A stretch of 64,000 nt of DNA from an uncultured Spirochaetaceae bacterium (GCA_964599075.1 CAZREG010000004.1:38491-102490), one strand, 5' to 3'; numbered from the stretch's first letter, positions 37,062 through 46,367 are shown. Program-made: numbers and translations. The notes: generated by a model not told the origin, from the sequence alone.

Positions 37062-38282
37062 CTACAGTGCGCTCTTCAGCCGTTCGAGCGCCGTGGCCAC
37101 CTTCTGTGCATCATTAAACGCTGATATACGAACGAATCCCTCTCCCATGCGTCCAAAGCCGGCTCCAGGAGTGATAACCACGCCCGCCTTGTTCAACGCC
37201 CTGTCAAAGAATTCCCAGGAGCTGCCGTGGGTCGCCACCCAGACATAGGGACTGTTCTCTCCGCCGGTGACGTCGTACCCCAGTGCAATCATAGTTTTGC
37301 GGATCAGGCGGGCGTTTCCAAGATAGTAGTCGGTAAGGGTTCGCACCTCCTGCTGTCCGTCGGTGGTGAACACTGCCGCGGCAGCCCTCTGCACCGGATA
37401 GCTCACTCCGTTGAACTTGGTTGACTGGCGCCTGTTCCAGAGGTCCCAGAGCCGGTGTTTCTTGCCGGTCGAGTCCGGGAGTTCGATTGCCTTTGGGACG
37501 ACGGTGTAGGCGAGACGGGTACCAGTGAATCCAGCGGTTTTGGAGAGACTCCTGAACTCCACGGCGACCTCGCGCGCTCCCTGAATCTCGAAGATCGAGT
37601 GTGGCAGTGAATCATCTCTGATAAACGCTTCATAGGCTGCATCAAAGAGAATGAGCGCCTTCGAAGCGTGCGCGTAGTCGACCCACCTCCTGAGCTGCTC
37701 ATGTGTCGCCGTTGCACCAGTGGGGTTGTTCGGGAAACAGAGGTACACAAGGTCTACAGGATCGTTCGGTGGCTCGGGAACAAAGCCGTTCTCAGGCGTT
37801 CCGTCAAGGTAAGCCAGGCCTTCATAGCGTCCGTCTACGAACGAACCGGTGCGCCCGGCCATAACGTTTGTATCCACGTAAACCGGATAGACGGGGTCCG
37901 GCACCGCTATTGTACACGCACGAGAGAAGAGCTCCTGGAAGTTTCCCGTATCACATTTGGCTCCGTCACTTACGAACACTTCCGACGCTTCAATTGCGCA
38001 GCCCCGCTTCCGAAAATCGATCTCTGCTATCTGCTCCCGCAGAAACTCGTAGCCCTGTTCGGGACCGTAGCCCCTGAACCCTTTTCGTGTGCCCTGTTCA
38101 TCCACTGCCTTGTGGAATGCCCTGAGAACTGTTTCAGGCAGGGGCAGGGTCACATCACCAATGCCAAGCTTGATGATGTCCGTGTCAGGGTTTGACTCCG
38201 TGAAGCGCTGTACGCGCCCTGCAATTTCCACGAATAGATAGGAAGCGGCGAGTTTTGTGTAGTCGTCATTGATTTGAAGCAT
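37062..38282 (-). CDS. dapL: LL-diaminopimelate aminotransferase
   Basis: [24 protein letters not shown] and the PLP-lysine motif [13 protein letters not shown] are the DapL pattern. The ATG at 38282 has a GAGGA 4 nt upstream. The track start at 38360 runs through the divergent promoter region. Confidence 0.85.
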   Translation of the reverse strand: MLQINDDYTKLAASYLFVEIAGRVQRFTESNPDTDIIKLGIGDVTLPLPETVLRAFHKAVDEQGTRKGFRGYGPEQGYEFLREQIAEIDFRKRGCAIEASEVFVSDGAKCDTGNFQELFSRACTIAVPDPVYPVYVDTNVMAGRTGSFVDGRYEGLAYLDGTPENGFVPEPPNDPVDLVYLCFPNNPTGATATHEQLRRWVDYAHASKALILFDAAYEAFIRDDSLPHSIFEIQGAREVAVEFRSLSKTAGFTGTRLAYTVVPKAIELPDSTGKKHRLWDLWNRRQSTKFNGVSYPVQRAAAAVFTTDGQQEVRTLTDYYLGNARLIRKTMIALGYDVTGGENSPYVWVATHGSSWEFFDRALNKAGVVITPGAGFGRMGEGFVRISAFNDAQKVATALERLKSAL

Positions 38283-38291
38283 GCGATCCTC

Positions 38292-38321
38292 TTTTGTCGG
38301 GCTTGTGCCTTTTGTCGGGCT
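38292..38321. repeat. two exact copies of TTTTGTCGGGCT with 18-nt period in the dapL/GAF divergent intergenic region
   Basis: The copies are at 38292-38303 and 38310-38321. They lie in the predicted dapL 5' UTR and upstream of the GAF gene -10 box (TATATT, 38333-38338). Confidence 0.8.
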
Positions 38322-38346
38322 GGTACCCACAGTATATTTCCCTTCC

Positions 38347-38832
38347 ATGGAAAGTGACAATTACGAGGACGTTCGTCGGAGGGCGCTTCGGTTACTCGGT
38401 TCGGGCGAGAGCGGTGCAGCACTCGCTCAGGTCTGCCGGCTCATGCGTGACCAACTCGCGACCTACGACTGGGTAGGGTTTTACATTGCGGTTCCTGCTG
38501 AGAGAGTGTTGGTGCTTGGACCGTTTGAGGGTAAGCCCACTGAACACGTGCGTATACCATACGGGCGTGGACTCTGCGGGCGGAGTGCCGAGCGTGAAGA
38601 CGTGGTTCTGGTCCAGGATGTCTCCAGGGAGGTGAACTATCTCGCCTGCAGTCTGGAGACACGATCGGAAATTGTGGTCCCGGTGTTTCATAGTGGAGGA
38701 TACGTTGGCCAGATCGATGTTGACTCTCACACGGTGAATGCCTTCTCCCGGGAGGACCGGGCACTCCTGGAAGATATTGCGGGTCACGCGGGACCGCTGG
38801 TCGCCGAGATTTCCGCTCAGCTCAGCGCGTAG
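38347..38832 (+). CDS. GAF-domain protein of the free methionine-(R)-sulfoxide reductase (YebR/fRMsr) type
   Basis: [28 protein letters not shown] and [17 protein letters not shown] match the fRMsr GAF pattern. The ATG at 38347 is taken as the start. Confidence 0.7.
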   Translation: MESDNYEDVRRRALRLLGSGESGAALAQVCRLMRDQLATYDWVGFYIAVPAERVLVLGPFEGKPTEHVRIPYGRGLCGRSAEREDVVLVQDVSREVNYLACSLETRSEIVVPVFHSGGYVGQIDVDSHTVNAFSREDRALLEDIAGHAGPLVAEISAQLSA

Positions 38833-38837
38833 CACGG

Positions 38838-39848
38838 TTACAGGATGGCCTGCGAAAGGAAGAGGACCAGATAGCCCGGCATGAGAATCAGGTAGAGCAG
38901 GTAGGAAACAAGCAGCGTCACTGCTGCATGTTCGCGGTTGACACCACTCTCTGTAGCGATGAGTGAAAGGTTGGTTGCAGGTGGTGTGTGCATCTCAAGG
39001 AAAACCACAAAGAGTGCCGCCGCACCGAGCCCTCGAAACAGCCCGGATAACAGCGCCCCAAAAAATAGAGCGGGAAGCATAACGTAGCGGACAACCGCAA
39101 CCGAAAGTGCCATGCCCAGATAGTGGTGGAGCGCGTCCCGCGAGATCTCCAGGCCGCCAATAAGCGCGCCAAGTGACACCAGGGCAAGCGGCAGTGTGAC
39201 TCCGCTCAAGAGGTCGATCGCGCTGAACAGATGATAGAATGGCAGCGCACGGTTCTCAAGAAAGGGTTGCAGTCCCGAGAGTGCAATGAGGCCGCCAAGA
39301 ATAATCCCCACCAGCGGCGGAGAAAGGAGATCGATTGCCCGAAAGCTCTGTTTCTCCTCCGTGCGACTGATCGTATATCTGCCTACCGACCAGAGAAGCG
39401 GGCTATAGAGGAGAACGTAGGCCGCGATCAGGATGAGGGGCAGCTCACTACCGGTCTTGCTTTCGAGTGCCGGAAGTGATGCGGGCAGCACCGTTGCCAG
39501 CGTGAGCGGCATGTAGCCCGAGTTTCCGAACGTCGAAAGTGCAACTCCGGCGCGCCGATCTGCGCCTCGGAACGGAAGTACCAGGAAGAACAGAAGGCTG
39601 AGGCCAAGACTCAACGCTATTATTCCAATAGACGCAAGCGGCATGACAAGCGCGTCGGTCAGGGCGGAGAGATCGGCCCTGCCGACGCGAGCCACAAAGA
39701 AGAGCGGCAGTGCAATGCGAACAACGAATCTGCTGAGGTTTTTGAAAAACTCATCGCTGAAGCGTCGTGTGCGCCGTGCGGCGAACCCGACTCCGAGCAG
39801 GAGAATCAGCTGCAGCACCGCGTAAAAGACCGGCAGAACATAGTCCAT
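38838..39848 (-). CDS. AEC (auxin efflux carrier) family permease
   Basis: 336 aa with about 10 TM helices in two 5-TM halves. The N-terminus MDYVLPVFYAVLQLILLLGVGF is typical of the family. Confidence 0.75.
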   Translation of the reverse strand: MDYVLPVFYAVLQLILLLGVGFAARRTRRFSDEFFKNLSRFVVRIALPLFFVARVGRADLSALTDALVMPLASIGIIALSLGLSLLFFLVLPFRGADRRAGVALSTFGNSGYMPLTLATVLPASLPALESKTGSELPLILIAAYVLLYSPLLWSVGRYTISRTEEKQSFRAIDLLSPPLVGIILGGLIALSGLQPFLENRALPFYHLFSAIDLLSGVTLPLALVSLGALIGGLEISRDALHHYLGMALSVAVVRYVMLPALFFGALLSGLFRGLGAAALFVVFLEMHTPPATNLSLIATESGVNREHAAVTLLVSYLLYLILMPGYLVLFLSQAIL

Positions 39849-39857
39849 TGAGCCGGC

Positions 39858-39886
39858 ATTATATGTGAGCCATTTGTTGACAACAA
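39858..39886 (-). promoter_or_regulatory. TTGTTG-17-TATAAT promoter, 9 nt upstream of ATG 39848
   Basis: Read on the minus strand. Its -35 box (39881-39886) overlaps the -35 box of the divergent plus-strand promoter. Confidence 0.45.
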
Positions 39887-39906
39887 GCGGGTGCCGCCCC
39901 TACTAT
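39877..39906 (+). promoter_or_regulatory. TTGACA-18-TACTAT promoter, 7 nt upstream of ATG 39914
   Basis: Consensus -35 box. The -10 box overlaps the ATG at 39905 and so excludes it as the start. Confidence 0.55.
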
Positions 39907-39913
39907 GGCCGGT

Positions 39914-40801
39914 ATGCGACCCACAGTAGTGTTCCTTATGCTGCTCCTGCTTGGGCTACCGCTTGCGGCCCTTGACCAGGAGCTTATAGAACAGGCGGAT
40001 CTTCTCTACGAGGATGATCAGTTCAACGACGCCGCCGCGCTTCTCGAGGATGCACTCAGCACCGCCGGAAACGGAGAGGAGCGAGCTGAGGTCCTCTGGC
40101 GTCTCGCGAGAGTTACCCTCGCCTTAGGGGAGGGGCTTGAGGACATGGATGCTGCAAGTGACGAGGTCCTTTCCCTCTACGAGCAGGGTGAGCAGTACGG
40201 GATAGAAGCCGTTGAGGCCGATCCCCGCAACAATCTGGGATACTACTGGCAGAGTGCCAACATCGGCCGATGGGGGCAGGCAAAGGGTATCCTGGACTCG
40301 TTGTTCAAGGCCGGGCCAATGCGGGACCTGCTGCGCGAGTCTGTTCGCTATGAACCCGAGCACGCAGGTAGCTATTACGTACTCGGTCAACTCTACTCCG
40401 AGGTGCCGGGTTTTATCAGCTTTGGAAATGTTGACTACGCGGTAGGTCTTGCGCGGAAGTCGATCGATCTTCATGAGGCTGAGATGGCCTCCGGAGAAGA
40501 AGACGAGATGCAGCACGACTTCTACATCCAGCTTGCCAACCATCTGATCAAGCGCAACTGGAACGAGAGCCGCCGTGCGAGGGAGCAGAGCCGAAAGGAA
40601 GACCGCTACGAGTCAGCAGCAGATCCGCTCGAGCGGGGCTGGCACTACGAGGGTGTGGTTGAGATTCCTCGGGTGCGTGATCGCGAAGAGGCGGAAGGGC
40701 TCCTTTCACGTATGATTAGCTCCCTGGAATCCACACGCGACCGCAGTGATGGCCAGGAGCGACAGCTTGAGCGGGCGCGGGAGCTTGCGGATCAGCTCTA
40801 A
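39914..40801 (+). CDS. secreted helical-repeat (TPR-like) protein, function unknown
   Basis: Signal peptide MRPTVVFLMLLLLGLPLAA. The ATG at 39914 is preferred because the ATG at 39905 lies inside the TACTAT -10 box. Confidence 0.55.
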   Translation: MRPTVVFLMLLLLGLPLAALDQELIEQADLLYEDDQFNDAAALLEDALSTAGNGEERAEVLWRLARVTLALGEGLEDMDAASDEVLSLYEQGEQYGIEAVEADPRNNLGYYWQSANIGRWGQAKGILDSLFKAGPMRDLLRESVRYEPEHAGSYYVLGQLYSEVPGFISFGNVDYAVGLARKSIDLHEAEMASGEEDEMQHDFYIQLANHLIKRNWNESRRAREQSRKEDRYESAADPLERGWHYEGVVEIPRVRDREEAEGLLSRMISSLESTRDRSDGQERQLERARELADQL

Positions 40802-41973
40802 TCCTCTGTTTTCCGCTTCCTGAGCAATCTGGCCCGTGTCACGTCAAGGCCCGACTGGCTCAGTTTGAACACGGCGTCTTCCACTTTTCTCCGTTTGCTC
40901 GTCCGTTCATCAAACAACTCACCCTGAGAGGCGGCCGCCCCCTCGCTCACCTCCGCGAGCCCGCACCCCACAAGCCGCACGCTGTTGGTGCGGTCCCACT
41001 TCTCAAGAAGAAGCCGGCCGGCCAGGGTGTACAGTTCATCCGCGGTGGAAACGTCGTGATCTACCGTGCGTCTGAGAGTGTAGGTGGTGAAGTCGCTGAG
41101 CCGCAGCTTGGCGGTGACCGTCCGGCTGCGTGCGTGCTCACCACGCAGTCGAAACATGCAGCTCTGTGCAATCTCCAGCAGTGTCGCACGGATCGCCTCT
41201 TCCTGGCGAACATCGGTGCTGAAGGTTCGCTCTCCACTTATTGAGTGAGATTTACCCTCACCGTAGAGTCCGGGATCGATCCCCCGACATACTGCGTGGA
41301 GATAGCTCGCAGCGCCGGGCCCAAAGAGTCGCGCAAGCTCTTCCTGTTCATATTCCCGTAGCTCCACAACCGTTGATATGCCTGCCGACTGAAGCTCCGC
41401 GAGCATCTTTTTGCCCACGCCCCACAGCGAGCGAAGCGGGAGCCGTGAAACGAACACCATCTCCTCCCCGGGGCTGACCTCAAAGAGACCATCCGGCTTA
41501 TCAACTTCACTGGCCAGCTTGGCGAGATAGCGGCTCGGGGCTACTCCAACGGAAATGGTGAGGCCTTCGTGCTCGCGAACCATGCGCTTGATCTGTCTCG
41601 CCACCTCAATTGGCGGGCCCAGCAGGCGTTCGGTCCCGGTGAGATCGAGAAACGCCTCATCCACCGACATTTGCTCAATGCGCGGTGCGTACGGGCTGAG
41701 GAGCTCCATGATGCGCCGTGATACCTCCTGATACCGCTCCATGCGCACCGGTACGTAAGCTCCGTTGGGACAGAGTCTGTGCGCCTGGCTTACCGGCATA
41801 GCGGAGTGCACTCCGTACTCACGCGCCTCATAGGAGCATGCGGAGACAACGCCGCGATGCCCGGGAGATGCTCCTACGATCACTGGCCTGCCGCGCAGCT
41901 GGGGCTTGTCGTGCTGCTCCACGCTGGCATAGAACGCATCCATGTCAACGTGGAGAAAGACCGAGCGGATCAC
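40798..41973 (-). CDS. dinB: DNA polymerase IV (Y-family)
   Basis: FLHVDMDAFYASVEQ, SIDEAFLD-type (SVDEAFLDLT) and GVGKK motifs. There is a 4-nt overlap with the upstream membrane-protein gene. Confidence 0.9.
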   Translation of the reverse strand: MIRSVFLHVDMDAFYASVEQHDKPQLRGRPVIVGASPGHRGVVSACSYEAREYGVHSAMPVSQAHRLCPNGAYVPVRMERYQEVSRRIMELLSPYAPRIEQMSVDEAFLDLTGTERLLGPPIEVARQIKRMVREHEGLTISVGVAPSRYLAKLASEVDKPDGLFEVSPGEEMVFVSRLPLRSLWGVGKKMLAELQSAGISTVVELREYEQEELARLFGPGAASYLHAVCRGIDPGLYGEGKSHSISGERTFSTDVRQEEAIRATLLEIAQSCMFRLRGEHARSRTVTAKLRLSDFTTYTLRRTVDHDVSTADELYTLAGRLLLEKWDRTNSVRLVGCGLAEVSEGAAASQGELFDERTSKRRKVEDAVFKLSQSGLDVTRARLLRKRKTED

Positions 41974-44150
41974 TGGTCAAACCTTGTGATGATATCCAGA
42001 CGGGTCGAGAGATCGACAGGTCGGCCTGAAACCGTAATCGGTTGCGGGTGGATCGCGCTTGATGCCCGTACCTCAACGCCGGGGACGAGCACTCCGCCCA
42101 CCGTGTAGTCGATCGTCAGCGGCAGAGGAGGGCGGTCTCCAATGTGAATCTCGGCGGTTCGCTGATCCGCCGAGATGGTGAAGGGGAAGGATGCGTCGTA
42201 GAGTACCAGCGGCTGCTCGGAGAACAACCGAACTGAGAGTGTCTGTAACGGTTGTGGCGCGTCTATGATCAGCTCAGCTCGCTCGCGGTCAATAAACTGC
42301 GTGTAGCTCAGTCGCACAGAGAGTACATCTGGAAGGGTCGCGGAATCGGTCTCCCAGTTGTTGCTTCCGGTGTCCACGGCAAGACTCTCTCCCGCGAATG
42401 AGACATTGAGCGTACCGAGTGGCGCCGGGCTTGTGAGTTGGAGCCGGCGCACGAGCTCCGGGTAATCGACGGTTTCCACGGCCAGGACCGGCTGAGGTGT
42501 CGAACTGGAGAAGGGCGTGCTGAACAAGACAAACGTAAGAATACCGGCCGCACCAACTCCGAATGCGATACTCGAGAAGCGCAGCGTGAACGATCGCTTT
42601 CCTTTCACCGGATGTCGAAACAGGAAATCCAGGCGCATGAGCATCAGTAGGAAGGGCAACGCTACAAAAGAGAGCAGCAGATCTCCCACCGAAGAGAGCA
42701 GCAGTCGGGTAAGGCCGGAATCCGGGATGCTGAGAACGGCGAGAGCCGCCTGAAGTAGCAGGGCCGGTGCCAGAAGCATGCAGACCACTTTCAGCGCCCG
42801 GTTCGGGACAACTGAGAACAGGAACGCGGCCAGATACGCCCATATAAAGTAATGCCCGAAAGAGATGTTGATCACACTGAAAATGACAATATCTAAAAAG
42901 AGCATAAAAAGAGCGGCCGCAGAGTAGAAGCTCCCGTTCTTCGAGAACGGCAGGTGGCGAAGAAACTGGCTTGTCAGTGTGAACAGGAAGAGCGCGAGCA
43001 GTGCCTTCAGTCCAACGTAGGCCGCCGGGTAGTAGATCCACATCTGCGGAAAGCCCCGCACCAGCAGAAAAAGGTCGATCGCGTAGGTTCCCGCAGAGAG
43101 AAACAGAAAGATAAGCAGGAAGAGCAGCGGGAGGTTCCAGAGGTTTCGCCCAATCGTACTCAGATACCGGCGAAATCTGCGGCGGAAAACGAGAGCATAG
43201 AGAAGGGTGAACAGCAGAACGCTGACAAGAATTGTCACAAAAAAGGGCTCCTGGACAACCATCAGACCTTCGCCCAGCTGAAACTGCAGATAGTGGCGAT
43301 CCCACTGTTTGGGAACGCCCCCGTCAAACGCCTCAATCCAGCTCTCGAGAAACCGTGCAATTGTGATCGCGCTCTCGCCGGTATTCGGGGCCAGAAGCCC
43401 TCGCTCGCCGGAGTCTACGTACACCGATGGAATGCCGGCACTCAGGAACAGTCCAAGCGGTGTAGGCGTACGGCTGATCCCCAGCCGGTGCACCTGATTC
43501 ATGCTGCCCTCAACGTCCATCCCCAGGCGAGCGGCTTCGGCGGCGCTCCGGGTACGTTGGGTGAGCCACCACGGGCTCACGATACCGTCTGCGCCCGTCA
43601 AAAGTCGGGTCGTGTTCCCCGAAGCGTCAAGGTACAGTAGCGCGTGAGCGCCGTCCGGGAAGTAGTCCGAAAGGTAACGGCGAGAGCCTATGCCGGCGTA
43701 CTCTCCGCTCTCCCGGTCAGCACCCACGAAAACAACACGAAGCGTCTGAGCGGGGGATGAGCCGCCGGCCGCCTCCGCGAGCGAGAGCGCGGCGGCAAGT
43801 GACGCGCTTCCGTCCTTGTCCGGCGTGCGGTGAGTCTCGTGGTTCAGCGGAACAACGATTATGAGCGTCCCATCCCCGGTTCCAGGAACTGACGCTTCAA
43901 GCACACGGGAGAAACTGTGGCCGGAGTCCGATGAGGAGAAGTCCAGTACCGAAATCTCTATGCCCGCGCGAGCGAGCGAGATCCGGAGATACTCAATGAG
44001 CTGCGCTTCACCGCTGCTTCCTTCAAGCCGCGGATAGAAGGAACGGATCTGTTCTGCGTGGAGCCGGGTCCTGCCCTCGTCGGTGGTCAGTGCTGTGCTG
44101 GTCGACGTGAGTACGACGAGAACCCAGCACGCCAGGACAACTCTACGCAT
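41970..44150 (-). CDS. polytopic membrane protein with an N-terminal periplasmic M28-peptidase-like domain and a C-terminal beta-rich domain
   Basis: Signal/anchor MRRVVLACWVLVVLTS. The M28-like stretch is DKDGSASLAAALSLAEA...VVFVGADRESGEYAGIGSRRY. It is followed by about 9 TM helices and then a roughly 200-aa soluble tail. Confidence 0.55.
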   Translation of the reverse strand: MRRVVLACWVLVVLTSTSTALTTDEGRTRLHAEQIRSFYPRLEGSSGEAQLIEYLRISLARAGIEISVLDFSSSDSGHSFSRVLEASVPGTGDGTLIIVVPLNHETHRTPDKDGSASLAAALSLAEAAGGSSPAQTLRVVFVGADRESGEYAGIGSRRYLSDYFPDGAHALLYLDASGNTTRLLTGADGIVSPWWLTQRTRSAAEAARLGMDVEGSMNQVHRLGISRTPTPLGLFLSAGIPSVYVDSGERGLLAPNTGESAITIARFLESWIEAFDGGVPKQWDRHYLQFQLGEGLMVVQEPFFVTILVSVLLFTLLYALVFRRRFRRYLSTIGRNLWNLPLLFLLIFLFLSAGTYAIDLFLLVRGFPQMWIYYPAAYVGLKALLALFLFTLTSQFLRHLPFSKNGSFYSAAALFMLFLDIVIFSVINISFGHYFIWAYLAAFLFSVVPNRALKVVCMLLAPALLLQAALAVLSIPDSGLTRLLLSSVGDLLLSFVALPFLLMLMRLDFLFRHPVKGKRSFTLRFSSIAFGVGAAGILTFVLFSTPFSSSTPQPVLAVETVDYPELVRRLQLTSPAPLGTLNVSFAGESLAVDTGSNNWETDSATLPDVLSVRLSYTQFIDRERAELIIDAPQPLQTLSVRLFSEQPLVLYDASFPFTISADQRTAEIHIGDRPPLPLTIDYTVGGVLVPGVEVRASSAIHPQPITVSGRPVDLSTRLDIITRFDQ

Positions 44151-44154
44151 CGTG

Positions 44155-44183
44155 TTGCTTACGATAGGTAAAATCCGTAAGAT
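44155..44183 (+). promoter_or_regulatory. TTGCTT-17-TAAGAT promoter for the nitroreductase gene
   Basis: Read from the sequence. It is followed by an AGGGGAAG Shine-Dalgarno and the ATG at 44200. Confidence 0.5.
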
Positions 44184-44190
44184 GGGTCAA
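44161..44190 (-). promoter_or_regulatory. TTGACC-18-TATCGT candidate promoter, 10 nt upstream of ATG 44150
   Basis: Read on the minus strand. The -10 box is weaker. Confidence 0.35.
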
Positions 44191-44199
44191 GGGGAAGTG

Positions 44200-44712
44200 A
44201 TGGGCCTGTTGCCTGAGATTGAAAAACGCAACAGCGTGCGTGCGTACACTGCGGACGCCGTGGACAGAGAGACTCTTGAACGCGTGCTCGACGCCGGGAG
44301 ACGCGCCCCATCAGCAAAGAACCGACAGAGCTGGCGTTTTATCATGATCACCGATCACTCTCTTCGGGCTCGTATGCAGGACGCTGCGTTTGGTCAGGAG
44401 TACGTGGGGAAGGCGCCCGCGATAGTTGCTCTGTGTACCACGAACGTAGAGTACAAGATGCCGAACGGGCAGCTTTCCTATCCGGTTGACCTTGCGATTG
44501 CCGGCTCTTTTATGCTTCTTCAGGCCGAGCATGAGGGTCTTGGCAGCTGCATGGTCACCACGTTCCGTGAGGAAGAGGTGAAGAGTGCGCTTACCGTCCC
44601 GTACTCCATGCGGGTGGTATTAATGATGACGCTTGGCTGGCCGGCAGACTCCAATGCGGAGAGGACAACCCGCCTTCCCGTTGATCGGGTGGTTTCATGG
44701 GAGCACTGGTAG
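44200..44712 (+). CDS. nitroreductase family protein
   Basis: EKRNSVRAYT and RRAPSAKNRQSWRF are nitroreductase signatures. The ATG at 44200 follows AGGGGAAG. Upstream ATGs fall inside or upstream of the predicted -10 box. Confidence 0.8.
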   Translation: MGLLPEIEKRNSVRAYTADAVDRETLERVLDAGRRAPSAKNRQSWRFIMITDHSLRARMQDAAFGQEYVGKAPAIVALCTTNVEYKMPNGQLSYPVDLAIAGSFMLLQAEHEGLGSCMVTTFREEEVKSALTVPYSMRVVLMMTLGWPADSNAERTTRLPVDRVVSWEHW

Positions 44713-44720
44713 TCTTCCAC

Positions 44721-46280
44721 CTATGCTCTCACTATCTGTTCCAGCAATTCCTGCGCAACCTTGAACTCGTTCCACGGCTTTGGACCTTCTGCTCCAATAA
44801 TTGAAGTCTCATGACCCTTGCCCAGAAGCAGCACCGTGTCGCCGGAGCCGGCGAGCCGCAGCGCTCTTTCGATCGCCTCCCGGCGGTCCGGGACTGCATG
44901 GAGATCCCTTCCCTGTTGCAGCCTCCGGAAACCATTGGCAATCTGTTCAATGATCACCTCACTTGGCTCACCTCGTGGATCCTCATCAGTTAGAAATACA
45001 ACGTCGGCGTACTGATCTGCGAGTTCACCCTGTAGCGGACGCTTTGTAACATCACGTTCACCGGCAGAACCAAAGACAAGGATCAGGCGCCCGGCGGTGC
45101 TGCGGCGAAAGAACGGCAGTACCCGGGAAAACGAGCCGGGTGTGTGTGCGAAATCCACAACGACCGGAAACGGGTCACGCTGAACAACCATCATTCGCCC
45201 GTTCACCGGATGGATCTCCGTGATGGCCCGGGCAATCCGGGTAGGGGATGCGTCGGTAACCGCCTGAATGACGGCCACTGTCGCCAGCAAATTTGAGACG
45301 TTAAACTCTCCCGGTACCCCGAGTACGCACTCAATTTGCCCGGATGGTGTAGAGATCTGCAGTTCTGACGAGTCTGCCCGCGCCTTGATTGTGGCAGTAT
45401 AGTCGGCCCCGTCGCGGAGAGAGAACGTGCGAAGAGTGGCGCCGGTCGCCGAGCGGAAATAAGACGCCACCGGGTCGTCGGCATTGAGGACCGCAAGGCC
45501 GCGTGCGCTGCCCGGGGCGATAGTCCTGCCGGTGAGATCATCAGAATCTGCGAGCGGTCCGGCAGCGGCGTAGCAGCCGTAATCGAGCGCACGAAACAGA
45601 TTGGCTTTGTCATGGCGATACTGTTCGAACGTACCGTGGAACTCAAGATGCTCGGGACTCATGTTGGTGAGTACCACAGCATCGTAGAAGACGTGCGCCA
45701 GACGGCAGGTTTTTGTGGACAGGCCGTGGGAGGTGCTCTCTATAACTGCATGGGTGACACCGGCACTCTCCATGGTGCGAAGGGCTCTATGGACTTCCGG
45801 AGCTTCCGGAGTGGACTGGTGCTGGAGATTAGGCCGCTCGCCGGCCCCGATGTCGATCAGGGCGGAGCTCAGGAGCCCTGTGCGGTACCCAAGCAGGCCG
45901 AGCATCTGATGAATAAAGGAACTGGTAGTAGTCTTGCCGTCGGTTCCGGTTACTCCAATCACGGTGAGCGACTGTGACGGACGCCCGAACAGATGATGCG
46001 AGGCCTCCGAGAGCGCCCGTCTCAGATTGGGAGTCTGAAGTACCGCGACGGACCCGCGCACCGCTTCCGGATCCCGGGCACAGAGAATTGCCGCCGCCCC
46101 TCTGTCTATGGCCTCCGCTATGTAGCGGTGCCCATCTACGTGCTCACCCGGCAGCGCTGCGTAGAGTGCTCCAGGGATCACCTTTCTTGAGTCGTTGGTA
46201 ATGTCGGTAATGTCAGGGTCGGGTCCCGGAGAGAAACGGTGCTCTGTCTCGAGCAGCAAGCTCAGTTCTGTGGCACGCAC
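44721..46280 (-). CDS. murE: UDP-N-acetylmuramoyl-L-alanyl-D-glutamate--diamino-acid ligase
   Basis: GTG start and P-loop VIGVTGTDGKTTT, with Mur ligase middle and C-terminal domains. The specificity motif reads TDEDPRGE. Confidence 0.9.
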   Translation of the reverse strand: MRATELSLLLETEHRFSPGPDPDITDITNDSRKVIPGALYAALPGEHVDGHRYIAEAIDRGAAAILCARDPEAVRGSVAVLQTPNLRRALSEASHHLFGRPSQSLTVIGVTGTDGKTTTSSFIHQMLGLLGYRTGLLSSALIDIGAGERPNLQHQSTPEAPEVHRALRTMESAGVTHAVIESTSHGLSTKTCRLAHVFYDAVVLTNMSPEHLEFHGTFEQYRHDKANLFRALDYGCYAAAGPLADSDDLTGRTIAPGSARGLAVLNADDPVASYFRSATGATLRTFSLRDGADYTATIKARADSSELQISTPSGQIECVLGVPGEFNVSNLLATVAVIQAVTDASPTRIARAITEIHPVNGRMMVVQRDPFPVVVDFAHTPGSFSRVLPFFRRSTAGRLILVFGSAGERDVTKRPLQGELADQYADVVFLTDEDPRGEPSEVIIEQIANGFRRLQQGRDLHAVPDRREAIERALRLAGSGDTVLLLGKGHETSIIGAEGPKPWNEFKVAQELLEQIVRA

Positions 46281-46310
46281 GACACAGTTCCTGCAGACGT
46301 CTTTGAGTCA

Positions 46311-46346
46311 ATAAACACAAAAACGGGCCGCATGGTAGCGGCCCGT
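46311..46346 (-). terminator. Rho-independent terminator after hflC
   Basis: Perfect 9-bp stem ACGGGCCGC (46323-46331) / GCGGCCCGT (46338-46346) with a 6-nt loop. On the minus strand it is followed by TTTTGTGTTTATT. Confidence 0.75.
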
Positions 46347-46367
46347 GGTAAAAAGGAGGTTCCCCCT

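Noticed and set aside
38283-38360. N-terminal extension of dapL (track start 38360) containing a [12 protein letters not shown] peptide repeat.
   Set aside because: The repeat is the translation of the intergenic 12-mer direct repeat. The extension would overlap the divergent GAF gene start. The DapL family N-terminus begins at MLQINDDY with its own GAGGA Shine-Dalgarno.
42289-43305. 338-aa same-strand alternative-frame ORF inside the M28-like membrane-protein gene.
   Set aside because: The annotated frame encodes coherent TM helices. The alternative frame is Arg/Pro/Ser/Gly-rich with no features, which is typical of an off-frame read of GC-rich sequence.
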